Part shown: piece by piece, positions 15,035 to 30,361 of the stretch | Numbering within the stretch: position 1 is the stretch's first letter | Layout of the letters: every line of letters starts with the position of its first letter | Source: Tubulanus polymorphus | Lineage: Eukaryota; Animalia; Nemertea | NCBI RefSeq assembly: GCF_964204645.1 | Contig: NC_134026.1 | Coordinates: 186,001-250,000 of the forward strand | Direction: 5' to 3' | Length of the DNA stretch: 64,000 nucleotides | The notes under the pieces: model-generated | What the model saw: the letters and a program-made list of their open reading frames with translations, nothing else | The model's database searches: none | What the model was told of the DNA's origin: nothing | Program-made: the position numbers and the translations under genes

Positions 15035-15461
15035 GGAAGCTATAAGAGATAATAATCACATCCTCGCTGTAATCCTCAACACAAATTGCTGGTCTTGTTT
15101 TCTCTCCGCCAGCGGTAATAAATAATACAAATTATGTAATTTTTTTAGCCACAGGCGCTCGTGTCGTCGACTTCAGGCACGAAAAATTGCCAATCAGCGT
15201 CAGTCGATAATGAAATTGCTATTGACCAACGGACAAAAGTCCAGTTAATCTCACAGACGCCGCGGAGAAGAAGATCGTCTGATTCCGATTGCATTATTCG
15301 CAATGATGAATGGCGACTGGTAGTTCAATAGTTGTCTATAGTATTCCGTGTCGTTAATCGAGGTCTGGAACTCGATTCGTTAAAATTCTAAGATTGATAT
15401 CATATTCTATTGACTCCTTCCTCCACGGTGTACGGACTGTATCTATATATGATTCACAGTG

Positions 15462-15660
<199 letters not shown>

Positions 15661-17746
15661 AATCCGCTGTAAGATTCCTTTACACGAAACTAAAATGGCC
15701 TCTAATATTTCAGTTCAAAGGGATTTTAATTTGAAGGGTGGATTTAAGTTTTACCTTGATGTAAACTTAATCACTGAATCCCGGTTCATAAGTTCACGTA
15801 CCCGATGAAGCTGCTATATAGCAAACTAATGGCGAAACCGTTTACCTAAACACGTACAGCCTATTTCAATGTTTATTAATTTGATATCTGGTAAACACGG
15901 ATAATCTACATATTCATATATTATTGCCCACAAACGATGGTTTGTATAGAGCGCAAAAAGTACACACAAAAATGTTGATTTACCCGGATGGCGACAGTAA
16001 CAATACAAATCTTCTGAATTCATTTTTACGGCGTGCTTTTCTTCAAGTCGAAACAGTTGAAATTCGGGGCAAAAATTCCTTTAACGTGAAGTTACGTAAG
16101 ATTATGGCCTATGACAGGAGTATCGCTGGATCTATGCGCTTTTATATGAACTAGATTCTACGACCAGATACGCAGGATTTGTTCATAGTAGCCTGAGTTG
16201 TCTGTGAGATAGTGTAGAATATCTATATCTATATCTGCTCATTTGCTTTACGCGATGTGATCCCTTTTTATTCAAATCAGAAATCTATAACTAAGAGATC
16301 GATGGTTGTGACACAAAGCGTTGATTAGCGTTGAACAGTCTGTCCTGTTATCAGCTCCTGTATTCACAACCGGCGTGTCGAACGGGTCTGAAAGGAAATC
16401 AGTAGTGATCCTTTCTTCACGAGAACTGTGTATCTGTGTGTGAGATCTCGTGAGATTGTTGTTCAACTGCGCCCGTTCAGCTTTTACTGATGAAAACTAG
16501 CACGAAAAAACTATCGATTTTTGTCGTCGACGCAATCGACACCATTTTTAATGAACACTTGTGCGAATGGTCAATATTTTCAACAGCCATTGAATCTGAT
16601 GTTACTAAGGACTAACACCAACACAGATTTCTATGCAATTATCCGCGCGAGTTCTACCGATATTAACAAATAAGTACCGTAATAAAAAATCAATTCAAAT
16701 ACGTTTATTGATACTTTGTCCTCATTCACGTGACGTCACAGTCGCAGTTGACGGCGCTATGTTGATCTATTTGGAGATTCCCGTGACTGACTGACCAGGA
16801 CACGAGTCTATGACGGACGGACGAACTATGACGCCACGTCCATTGCATCGACAAACATACAATTACGATGACTCAATTGCCCCATAGAATAAGAAATAAT
16901 ATTTACGCAGGACCAAAAATCAGATTCTTACAAAGCACCTGCATTAGAGAAATTCAGGAATTGAGACACAATTCTTAGAAAGAAACATTTTACTCTGAAA
17001 CATTTCGTAAAATAGAAATGAATTGATACGAAATGTTGATTATGTTGAGAATAAATCAAGGACGCAAGATTTTGAAGAAAAATGCTTCGAATTCAGTCAT
17101 TCGAAATTTATTACATTTTAACAGCTCTCCGAGGAGCTATAAACTCTCGTTGATTCTAGAAACACGCAAGTATTGGCACATAAACCACTGACTGTTCAAT
17201 TGAAAGTGTTTTATTACTGAGATATGACTAGATGATGACTGTATCGTGTAGTTGTAATGTGTATCAGCTATGTCAGTCAGGTAGCACGACTTTCTATAAA
17301 CAGTTAACCTTTGATCGTTACGCTTTTATAAGATTATTTACCGGCGCTACATCGGTTAGAGGCCCCGAGGTGAAGCTTCGTTCATCGTGCGAGTTGAATT
17401 TGCTGAAATAAGTGAATCGTCAGCCGATTAAATGTTACACCAGTTGCGTGCTAATTGAATCCAGTCTGTTTGCTCCATCGATCGAAGTTAAATACGTTTT
17501 ATTATATCATTACCAGCTATTAGAAAAACAATTTCTATTTCTTTTCTGATTAAACTCAAACAAAAAAATTACCCATCACCCGAAAAGCAACAGGAATTTA
17601 TTTCCCTTTATTTACTAATGGAAATAAAGGGCTTTCCCGTCTAAGAACCAATAGACTGCCAAAAGTTCAGGAAACGAATCACGGCCTGCCAAATTACGAA
17701 TGTAAACTAATCAAATACAAATATTAGAAATATTCAACACACACGG

Positions 17747-17870
<124 letters not shown>

Positions 17871-18982
17871 CAAAAGAATATAACTTATTATTAATTATCA
17901 TGAGATTCAATCTCATCAGTGTTAAACGATGTTTTTCGTTAATGCAATGACAATAAGTTTAACATGGCAGGCACCAGACTGTCCGCGTCAATGATCCATT
18001 CAGTAATCAATATTCAAATAAAACCGACGTGAAACGACGGGAAAAAAAGTTTGACAAATTAACCGACGCTCCAGACGAAATATGAAATGAAAACTCATTC
18101 GTCTCGATATTAAAATCTATTTTCAGGCTTAAAGCATAAATACGCCATTAACCGTGATCAATCATTAGGAATTAGATCGATAAATATCCGCTGTTTTAAA
18201 GATCAATTCCTGGTCACGAAGCTAACAATAATATTATACATCAGTTATAGCTTCCTGTTTGACAATCCGGCAACAAGTGTAACCTGGGTGGCTCCATTTA
18301 CAGGTCCCGCTGGGGTGGCTCCATTTACACGTTCCATCGGCACACTCACTTTCAAAAACTGATTGTCTACACTTTATTTGTGCTAAGAATTTCACATGAG
18401 ATATTTTCAATGAAATGTATTTAAATACTAGAAAATTAGACATACAATCACCTTTCAAAACAGAAAATGAGAAGGCGGATCAAAGTTTACATATTGATAT
18501 ACCTTTAAAGTACCCGGCATCGATTGAACTGAATTTTATCGAACGTGGACTAGATTTCGGTTTCGGGTTTGATTCAACGTGGAGGCGTCTGTGAAATATA
18601 ACGAATGTGTTCAGGAATATTCGGTTCGTTATTAGTCGCTGAAAATCGTTTCATCATTTTAATCTTCAATGAAATATTTGATAATTTAGGGTGAAATTTC
18701 ATTGATGTATTTTTCGTGTAGTCGTCTATTATATTACAAACTGGTATCGTGACACTTCACGACACGATCAATACAGTATCGTAGCCTTTATATTTATCAT
18801 CTCTCTCTCTTGCCTTGACAGGAACAGTTTTAATGCATCATCTTGAAAATATAGTCGTCGTTGTTACCGAGCACTTTGTCTTATGTAGGAAGGTTTTTCC
18901 CTGAGCTTTGATGCTCAGTGAGAAGTGTCTGTCTCCGGACTGGGGAAATCGATACACATTTCAAATGACGTTGATTCTGTAA

Positions 18983-19211
<229 letters not shown>

Positions 19212-22200
19212 TATATCGGTATCGATTTCATCATTGAATTGTTAGCGAATGGGGACATCGACTCCTTAAAATCTGTTCCAGTATTGTAAAGATAAGACAT
19301 GATAACTGTATTCATCCTGACTATATCTATGGTATATACTTCTTTAGGGATGCAAACACATCATGTACAAAAAAATTGTTTACGGAAAAAGTAATCTTGT
19401 TGGTTTCCACGGACAAGGGACTGTCTAAAGTTGAAACCTACAATAAAATCTTTTTTTAACACTAGAAGAGAATCTGACTTTTCGACCATTCGATGTTGTG
19501 TTTTGTAAAGCCCTCCCATCAGCAGTAAACAACGGATTTTCGGTAATATTTCCTCTGCCCAGGAAATCTCCTCTGTATAGTCTAAGAGTTGATCGAACAC
19601 CGATCTGACACGCGACAAATATGGCGGACGTGTTTGAGGCATACTTGTTTAATAGAATAGAGGCTTAAAACGAGTTGATCGTTGAGAAACCTGTAGCGCC
19701 TCATCACGCTAAGCTACCCATTTCGCGGGCTATTCAGGCATGAAATAAAGTTGATAGATCGCTGCTAGCACATTCGATGGAATGATGCTTTTTTTCGTAC
19801 CGGCTCGTGCCGATATAAATTTGCTCGTGACAAAACGTTCGCCGATATCCACCGGTTCACTGGTGTAAGCAGTCGGATTTCGCACCAATGACACGAGGTC
19901 GCGTTCTGCTTGTCAATTAAGATAAAACGAACGCGGTCTACTCGTCGACCAATCTATAAAGTAAATCCTTCGAAAATGAAGTTGAAATTCGTTCCAACGA
20001 AGAGACGATGATAAACCGACGTATAGCGAATCAGTAGTCATTAAAAAAAGACGAAGCCTCCAGACATTTTCCTATCTACTATACTAAACCGAGTTAAAGT
20101 GGTTCCCTGTAGCAATTTATTCTAACAAAGCCAGCAGCCAAGGACATTTCCTTTGTAAACAATTTGCAAGCAGGGCCCCTCGACACTTTAATGAATTCTT
20201 AAATTACACAAAACCGTTCGGCTGAGATTTGAACATCATGTCGTTACAATAATCGCTGATAAGAAACCGATTGTATTTAATGAGAATAATACAGATGGCA
20301 ACCAGTCCATATTTCGCTGTACTAGCTTGCCGGAGGTAACTAAAGTTTAATATGATTGTGTACGGCTCGCTATTGATTTTCGATAAACCTCTGTTTGTAG
20401 AACAGTTTTACTGGTATGAGTTGTTTTATAGAGTAAAGCCTACAATTTCGCCTTCGCTGCAGTGTTCAAACATTGTTCAAACACGTATTATCGGAACATG
20501 TCCACGATATGATATTATGTTCCGCATTGTTTTGTTTACAGATATATCGGAGACAGGAATTACGGAGCCAATGAACCTAACGTCACAGCGCGCCATGTTG
20601 GACTGCAGCTATTTTACGTCCAATGTGACGCGAGTTAACTATTTGGGTGACGTCAACGCGTTACCTCTATTACGAGTTTATTTCGACTTCTCGAGGTTTT
20701 GAGAAGCGAAGTTTTTGAACTTTGATGCAAATGCGACCATTGCGACCAGTCAGCAGATACTCAGGTGCACCAATAGTTAAACCATAGACAGAACGTGCAT
20801 GGCGTCATAACGCGTCATATTGGCCTCAAGTGCATGTAGAATTGCGCTGCTGTAGTCAGTATATAGCATATAAAGGGCTGATACTTTTTGGAATTGTACT
20901 TTCGTGTATTTGCCGCATTGTTTGACAGGCGACCACAAGTGATGATTGGGAGATTACACCCTTAAATCTGAGATCTAAAAATTTCTTTTCTATGCGTGGA
21001 TAGGAACTTTACTTTAATTGCCTGTCAATCACGGCGTTAAATCTAACTGGATCCGATCCAAAAACGTAGCGCCAACCACAGCATTGGTGATTGGGCCTTT
21101 TCAGTCTGAACTCTGTGTAAAAGTACGAGACAAATTAGAACGGACCATTAGAACGGACCATGGACCTTGAAGCATCATTGCTACAAGCATGGGCGTATAA
21201 ACGAACGGACTAAACTATAGCGATAGAACTCGGCTCGAAACTATTGTCTTCGCAGACAGATGGTTCTATAATTCAGCCCCTTCATATAAACGCAATAAAT
21301 ACACATACATAGATCGATGTATTAATACTAGTTGTAATCAATGGGGTTCTTTTGGTACGATGGATTTTGTCTCGTTCATTTCCTTTTCCGCTCGCAGCTG
21401 ATTCGTAGCTGCAGCTGCTGATCGGATTTACTCATATTCACTCAATCGCATTTTATCCGCACCAAAGTTAATAAACAGCTCGTGTGAGCCGTCGCTAAAC
21501 CCGAGCTTAAAACCGGCACGAAAATATCGGTACAAATTCCTCTTATCTGAGAATCATGAGGCGTAGAGTGACTCGCGGTGCATCTGCGAGATAGTCGGAT
21601 TGTGATAATGCGTTTGTGGCGGGCGACCGATTTCACTTCGTATTTCGGTGATCAATTATCCTTAACTGTCTGAGACTCCTTTAATATGTCGAACTTTTGA
21701 TGATTAAGTATATGAAATGGCGTCGTCGCCTTACATTCATCGTTTCTGACGTCGACGACGACGTCGTGAATTCCATTTTCAAACAATTGTTGAATAACAG
21801 CGCGTGTGATAAGAAACACGCGAGTCTCACCGACGCCAAACACGACGCAAAGTTTCAAACCCGACTCCGGGCATTGAACACGAAATTGCTTTCAGCAAAA
21901 TTACAGTAATCTCTATTGAATTCATCGTCATGGAGGGCTTATGTTTTTATCTCTTTGTAGATAACGCTATACAAACAAACCTGTCAAACCTGTCAACTTA
22001 TCCCGCCACGTGACGCTGCGGTGACCTCGTTTAGTAACACGCTAATGTGTCAACGGCTGCTTAAACCCATTGCTCCGCGATTTTCCGTTCCATCAAAAAC
22101 CGTCATAAATAATGAATGCGTCTGCATTGCCCGACGGAATTACAACATTCGCCAGTTTGTTTTTCATTATTTTTCCCCGCGCTGTGTCGAGAATCGAACT

Positions 22201-23644
22201 GGGAATTTCGTTCCTATATTTCAAACACAGTTTTGATACACAGGGAATAATCAAGGGCACGCAAAGCTTGGGTTTCAATATCTGCGAAGGTTTTACCGCA
22301 GTTTTTCCACTTATGAAGGCGACGCTCAGATTGTGACTAGCCTCAGCGATTCAATACGCCTAGACGTATCGCGCAGTAGAATTTCTGTGGTTATTGTTTT
22401 TCAGTTAATTCTCTAAATCGATCCTCGTTTCAAGAACTGATTTCCGTCTCGAGGAGATATTGAATATCTGCGCATAAACCGCGTTCAATCGGTGCGAATA
22501 TATCAAAGATTAATTGAAGTAAAGCGATTGCAGTAAAAACATGTTCATATCATCTAAACCATCGATATATTAATACGTATTTTCGCCGTGAAGTGTTTAT
22601 TACCACAAGTTGTTCGTCCATATTTCTGCCGCAAGAAATCGTTACTATCGATCAGTGACGTCACTCGTATCTCTACATGCAATACTTCATTTATAGGTGA
22701 CGTCACGACGTCTTGAGTATTCCCATCACGCGTAAAATGTTGTTGTGGGTAAATGAAGATCGCGTAGCATTGTGCACAGACCTGTATTACATTACCTTTA
22801 AGACAAATAGCTAATTTAATGCCGTCCATTGATACATACGATCTTACGATGATGCATCTGACAATGTCTTGTATAAGCCACTGCATACTGTTTGATAGCG
22901 AGTATTTGCCACAAGTTCGTTCTGAATTCTAGGAAGAAGAATTCAAGATCTAAAAACATGTAATTATTTGAAGAGAAAAACCTTCTCGAAGTAGAAACTT
23001 CTATTAGTGCACATTTATTCGTCAAAATCTATTTTGTCCGGCCCAGTACGTTTAAAGTAAGCCAAGAGAAAAAAATATTTGTCAGATGAAATGACAAGTT
23101 TTGATCATAAGGATGAATAGATTTGATTCTAAAATATTCATCAGATTCATGGATTACATCATCCGTCAAACTAAAATTATCGGTGCAGTGGAATCGAGTA
23201 AAATGAGAATAAAAATTAATGATTAATGATCTTATTAAACATTCCTAAAAAACACTTCACTCGCACAGATTTTATCATTATATATCGGGGCTCGTCTCTG
23301 TTCATGCGCAAATAACAGATATTGAATTCACAAGCATAAAACCGTTGAAACATTCGTAAAATGTCAAGCACGATTCTCACAGCGGCGAAAACTGTTTTTG
23401 TTTTGTTCATGAACTCGAACGCGTGATGCGAATTGAAATTTCAAACCTATCGATTTCCTTTTCATTCGAACGTGCGATTTTCAAACGTATCTGATGATGT
23501 AATGACGACGAATATCGATCTAGATAAAACCCGTGAAGAAACCATATTTAATTTCGACGTGTCGAGTGGTTGAGAATAGTTTATTAAACTTCAAGATGAA
23601 TTCGGTGAGCTGCAGCGGTGCAGTAATCTTCTCATTTCTGCTAT

Positions 23645-23735
23645 AGTTATAGCTTAGACTTAAGCTTAGACTCAGTCTAAGGCCAATTTAGTTCTATAGC
23701 CAATCTAACAACTTAAGACCGAATCTTAAGACTTT
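23645..23735. mobile_element. MITE family A internal fragment
   Basis: ttagttctatagccaatctaacaacttaagacc (23688-23720) matches 58721-58753 at 30/33. Confidence 0.55.
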
Positions 23736-26142
23736 CGGACTCGTAAGAAATCCCCTCGATCGCTTACCTCGCAGAACATCGACGTATATGTACTTTGGCG
23801 CACCGTATTACAAAATGTTAGGATTGTAGTAGTATAGGTCTAAGGGCTAATTCAAAATAGCTGACGAAAGGGATTAGAATACTTGGTAACATTCCTAGCG
23901 CCTACGCGTATACAACACGCAGATTATCGTCATTCTTAGCTCACAGCTACCGATCAGACTTTCTTTTTCATTCACATAGAATGAGGCAGAATTACTTCCG
24001 CTTGTTTCATTCTTCTTTCACAATGAAAGACAAATTGCGGCATTTGAAACTGCGCGATACGACAATAATCTCCATAACTCTCTCCGTCTCTCCGTCTCTC
24101 TCTCTCTCTCTCTCTGCCGCGCTCTTACTACGAGCCGCGTTCACTCTAAGTTACTGAACCGTTCTGGATTTCGTCCGTTCCTATTAAGAACGGCCTTCGC
24201 GCACCACCGAAAAGTTCAAATCAGTCCGTTCCATTTTAGAACGGACCAATCCAGGTGAATTCTAAATTTGAAGTGACCATTACTCCGTATGCGAATAGAG
24301 TTGATCCGATGCAGATACGGACCGAGTAAGAACTGAAGCGTTGCTTGTGTACAGTTTACTTACGGCTGTTTGAGGAGGCGTATAATCATCAAGTTGTTGA
24401 TTTCGAAAAAAAACAAGCAATTCATTTACATTAACGTGTGTTTAAGTGTTCAACTAAGTTTACACCGAGTTCTGTTCGATGACTACTTTTACTACGCTCA
24501 TTGCGTATGGCATTCATAAAACGCATCTCTAAACGATGAGGAGACAATAAACTGAACCAGTTTTCACGGAAATGTCTCCCATCACTAGGAAAAAAAGTAT
24601 ATACGAACTCTCTTATAAAGTGTCTGAAAATACGTCGTCTGAAAACATATTTATATATGTCTATGTTTATTGTATGAATTGTGAGTAGTATCGAATTAGT
24701 CAATATTAGACAACTTGAGGGCACTAGAGATGCATATTCACAATATGAACGTGTTGCTGGACGAAGTGTTACGTATAAAAAAACATTTCGATTTTTTCGT
24801 ATCTCTTCGGACGAATAGGTGATTAAAAATGATGACTTTGTGCGTTACTTGTCATTTATATTGATTTTTCCGGTGTCATAACATTTTGACTCGATGATTC
24901 AGTAACATCTGTTCGCACAGCTATTTGAATTGCATGAATTGTCGTGGAATATGCCGTTCTAGGAACCCAAACCAGATCGTGTTACCATAATACACGTCTC
25001 ATGATAAATCGAAATTTGCTCGAATTTTTGAATACGAATTAAAGTTCAATTCGGAACTTGAGTTTTGACCAGTTTCTGTTGGCATAATGAATTAAATATA
25101 ACTGAACAAAACATAAAACTTGATATATATAAATATTCGATGATTTGCCGGTGAAAATTCACCAATCACAACACGTAAATTACACTAGTTATGATGTTGT
25201 TCAAATCTATTTATTCAAACTGGTTTTTATCGTTATCTCGACTGAATTCTAAAGTAAAATTATCGTTACGAAGTCAAAACTCCCAAATACGGAACAATGC
25301 CTGCCCGATCTGACGCGTCCCGGGTCGGTTTTCTGCGCAAGCCCATTTATGAGACAAATAGAAAAATGACTAAAACCAGGGTCCCTGTTCGATATACATT
25401 TTAAATTCTAAAATGTATGTCGTTTCCATTTGTTACACTAGAATAAAATATACGTTCCTATTTGTCATTATAAAGTTGGTTTATTGAAACTGTTAAAGTG
25501 TAGACCTATCGTTTAAGGTAAGCAACACAAAACAGAAAATCGCTGGAGACAGTAATTTACGGCATAGTTTGAGCCGCCGTTAATTGTTATACGAAGATCA
25601 TTGACTGATTTATGAAATGAAGATAAAGTCAATAAAACGTTCATAAATAATCGAGCGTTTCTCGTATGAAATTATCTTATGACGGAATTCTGAACATAAA
25701 TAATCGTGCCTAATCGCCGTATAGACATCCATCAATATTTTATCTTCTATGAAACGTTTTCGATTATAAGAATTTCCATAAATAGTTCGTGAAGGTTCGT
25801 ATTGTTTTGTCTTTTCAAGAATCACAGATAATGAACAAACGCGCAGGCCCGGTAGTGTTAGGGTTCGAGGGGTCCGAACGAACCCGCAGTTCAACTCGTT
25901 TTCAAAAGCTGTTACACTTACCACTTTTACAACATGTATCGCAAATTTGTTCATTTCATTAGACTTTTGTTGCATTAACGGGAATCGCTCAGATGCTATA
26001 TAAAGCATCCAATTTTCAAAAAATTTTTGGAGGGCCAAACCTCTATTCTAAGTGCCAAACAAATTGACAACGAATCCATCCACATATTCCACACGCTACG
26101 AGACTCGTCATCAATATCCGCCTATCTTTCAAATCATCTCCA

Positions 26143-26301
26143 AACAACGGGTACTCACTCTCCCCGCCCGCGCTGAACACTCTAACAACGGGTACTCACT
26201 CTCCCCGCCCGAGCTGAACACTCTAACGACGGGTACTCACTCTCCCCGCCCGCGCTGAACACTCTAACGACGGGTACTCACTCTCCCCGCCCGAGCTGAA
26301 C
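26143..26301. repeat. 41-bp minisatellite, about 4 units
   Basis: aacaacgggtactcactctccccgcccgcgctgaacactct at 26143, 26184 and onward. Confidence 0.92.
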
Positions 26302-26310
26302 GCATCAATT

Positions 26311-26455
26311 AATAATAATAATAATAATTTATTGAGCCTAAAATCCATATAAAATATGCTCATTGGCTTTACAATATAAAGACACAATTCAAACATAAAG
26401 ATAGAAAAAAGAATTTACATCATTAGTTAAAAGCTTTAGTGAACAAATGGGTTTT
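26311..26455 (-). mobile_element. 5'-truncated L2/CR1-group LINE 3' end
   Basis: The minus strand encodes KTHLFTKAFN* (26455-26423), a typical L2/CR1 ORF2 C-terminus, followed by tgtaaagcc...aataaa and a (TTA)n tail. Possible TSD TCAATTA at 26305 and 26462. Confidence 0.75.
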
Positions 26456-28162
26456 ATGGGTTCAATTACAGAATCCCGCATAACACTTCAACAACGAAAC
26501 GCAAATCGCATTTACTCCATTAAAAATTGCGTTCGATTCAACGGATTTCATCTCTTGTCATTCGTTCGTTTAATGGCCTAACATTAATAATCTCCTTGAG
26601 TTTCATATGATAAAATTATCGGTCCCCAAATAATCCAGGAATACAAAGCCGAAACGCGTTTTGAAATATCATTCGCTGCCGACTTTTAGAAAAGTGCTAA
26701 TCTCCTCACTATTCTCCTCACTCTCCTCATTCTCTCCAGCGCATTGTCTGCGCTATTAATTACACAACTCACGCACAATTTACCTCGATAAGATTGAAAT
26801 CTCGGGGATAAAACAATATTATCTCAAAAGAGAGTTTGAAAAGGCGATTACTCGTGAAAACTTACTTTTTGTTTCGAAATAACGAACAATGAACATTTCT
26901 GAACTTAAAATACGTTTTTCTAAACTTAACCAACTAGTCTTAAGTCGATATTTTGCAACGATCTCAACGATCAATTCAGATAAATTTGATCGCGGTTTAA
27001 TAGAATCATCTACAAAAAAAGGCAACATCATCGGGAAGATCGGGAGAAAAATAACTTCCATATTTGCCACTGGTAAAGTTACTATCCTTTTGATAAACAT
27101 CCATATAGCTCTCTATAAAGCATAGATCGTCATTAGATCGAAATTTAGATCGATCATTGATAACTTACTGATGTAATGGAATAAGCTTTTCAACAGCCAA
27201 TTCAACACCGGTGCTGTCATGTCATATGATGAACTAGTATTCCGATCCGTTCGTACGAAATTATTTCCGTTGAGGGTTCGAATTTCCAGCTCGTCAATGA
27301 TCCTAATGGGAAATTACACCGTTTACGGCCATTCAGTCAGGTAATCATAGCCTTCAGACAGTCAGCCACATTCCCGTCCAATCTAATAATACCGGCTAAT
27401 AGTGACAACCTTTAAATATACCGATCCGTAGATTCAGTCCGCTATTGAAATGAATCTCACCTCGTATAAGAATCCAATTCATCATCAACTTATGAAATTG
27501 AATTGAAATTGCTTAATAAATCACATCTATAGGTATAAGTGTAATTACCTTACATACCAATTCAGCTCGTGCAGCTTATACATCAAAATTTGACTTCCGA
27601 TTAAAGTGTTCAAGTCCTACACCAAAATGATGATGAATTCAAATGAAAAAGTAGATCATTTGAAAGAGAATTTCAAAGATTTTTACACGAATGAAAATAG
27701 TATCGTCAAATAAAGGGAGGTAATTAACGTTTTATCTACTAGGTTTCAAATTAATTCATTATAAAAATTGACACAACTTCACAATGGATTTCTCAGTATA
27801 TTCGTAATTGCCCCGCGTAGAATTAAAACACGGGGTTTAGATTGAAAATAGGAGAATATTCGTCATATGAAAACCTAGTTTTCAAAATAAGTTAAGTAGA
27901 TTATCTAAATTTCAGTTCCAGTTAAGTTCGCTTCTTTTCCAACCTAAACCGACTACCGACTGAAGGCGGGACTTAACGAGACTGTCTGTTATCAATACGA
28001 TCCATTAATGTCGACGGGTTTTGTTCGCTGGAAGCCTCAAGGCCGACCTGCCCCCGACTCGGGTTGTTGTTGATATAGTGTCCACGGGTAAAGCATTATA
28101 ACGGGTTTAAACGGGTTTCTAAACTAGAGACACTTGAGTGACACAATTTACTAACTTCATCT

Positions 28163-30361
28163 AATAAGCCTTTTTACAGTTTCCAGGCGCCATTTTTTTG
28201 GGTACCCGCCGGGTCCACATTGTTGAATTTTTTGTCCTTATTTTTCTCCGGTTTAATTTTTTTATTTCGTTCATATCTCTGGATTTGATTAAGATAGAAA
28301 CAAAGTAAAAATATCGATGAACTCGGCTGATAATAAACTTTTTTATGATATCACTCATTTATAAAGTTAATGCAACAATGTGCGCTGGTGAAGTTATAAA
28401 CATTGATATCGTCTTCCCGATAATTCAACTTGAATTATTGCTCATCTCATTCAAAAGTTCGTAATTCTTACAAATATTAATCTACATTTTTGAAATTTTC
28501 AGAACCAATAGCCATCTATATGTGGTCTTATATACCTTTTACTGTTTTCAATTATCCTTATTAGTTTTTAAGTAATTGCGAGTCAAACTTCCAAAACTCG
28601 TTTTCCCGGGTCCCCTGGGTGCATCTTTATATCAGGAAATTTCACAATTTCACCGGTCCCTACTTTGTTGAAAATCAATTTATTAAGTAACCATGGAAAT
28701 AAGGGCACCTAGGTTTTTGAAAAGTGGTTATTAAAGATATATATTCTCTAGGATTTGTCAAAATAAACAAAATAAACCAGGTGTTGCTTTAACCAGCTAC
28801 CTAGGTTCACAACAGATCATTTTGTCCAACGTGTTTCATTCGATTCCAAAACTGCACGTACGGGTATACGATTGCAAATGTGAAAGTCAGACATTATGTG
28901 GCACATGTATGAGGACCAAAGTCTCAATGCTGCGTCGCATTGCCGTCGCAAATTTGCATGGCTACTTACGTGAAGTGGGCTAATACAGACCTTGTGTGAT
29001 CAAAACTAACTTAGAATTCGTGCCAAATCTCAAAACAACTATCAAACACACGAGATCAATTTTGACAGAAAGTAAACGAATGTTATGTTCCTCAATATAT
29101 ACTAATATATTCCAAAGTTCCAATCTTTTCAACACAATCGACTAAGCCAAATATATTCAAATTCAATTTGAAACACCTTCCAGCTCTTGTCACGATCAGT
29201 AATAAAGATCGAACATCGAACATTCTCAAAAAAGCAAAGCCGATCCAACGGTTTGCAAGCGTCAAGTTTGACACAGCCGTGGCTGCCTCCATTTGTGTGG
29301 AGCTGCTGCTGAAAATTCAAAAATGTAAATCGGGTACCGGTATTTAACTGAAGACCGAGTGCTCGCCATTACACCATGGTATTTCTGATGGTTAACTTCT
29401 GAGCAACTGGCTCCAGAATCACCTGCCAACGGCCATATTTCATTGATGCAATATACTGTGAAACGATATAATATAGACAGGAGATCAATGAAACTTAAAT
29501 GCCTGACACTAAGACTTATTTCGACTTTTTTGACTATCTTAGATGATTGGGAGAGGGGTCCAAAAATAAGGACATTTTCCGTGGTTTAAGGCTGTGAGTA
29601 GGGTGCCCCTCGGTGTTGAAACAAATACATCCAAAACAATTTAATTTGCAAGAGGATGAGTGATAGATTTGTAAGTTTTATGCGATCACTGTCTTGACAA
29701 AGATGGTAATCTTAATGGGAAGTTGCAGGGGTCCGGACTACCGACCCTCCAAACCCGTAGTCTGTCCCTGTGTTACTAGAAATATATCTCTATTTACCAT
29801 TTTTTTCAAATAACTAGGTGCCCTTGTTTCCATAGTTACTGAAAATTTTGATTTTAACAATGTAGGACCGGTTAAATTGGCAAATTTCTTGATATAAATA
29901 TGCACACATGATACTCTAGAAAACGTGTTTTGGAAGTTTGACTCGCAATTACTTAAAAACTAATAAAGATAATTGAAAACGGTAAAAGGTATATAAGACC
30001 ACATATAGATGGCTATTGGTCCTGAAAATTTCAAAAATGTAGATTAATATTTGTAAGAATTACGAACTTTTGAATGAGATGAGCATTAATTCAAGTTGAA
30101 TTATCGGGAAGACGATATCAATGTTTATAACTTCACCAGCGCACATTGTTGCATTAACTTTATAAATGAGTGATATCATAAAAAAGTTTATTATCAGCCG
30201 AGTTCATCAATATTTTTACTTTGTTTCTATCTTAATCAAATCCAGAGATATGAACGAAATAAAAAAACTAAACCGGAGAAAAATAGGGACAAAAAATTCA
30301 ACAATGCGGACCCGGCGGGTACCCAAAAAAATGGCGCCTGGAAACTGTAAAAAGGCTTATT
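28163..30361. mobile_element. Non-autonomous DNA transposon / foldback element with very long terminal inverted repeats
   Basis: 28163-28605 is the reverse complement of 29919-30361 with about 9 mismatches; similarity continues more weakly to about 28750/29776. Termini AATAAGCC...GGCTTATT (possible TA TSD). The ~1 kb spacer has no transposase ORF. Confidence 0.88.
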
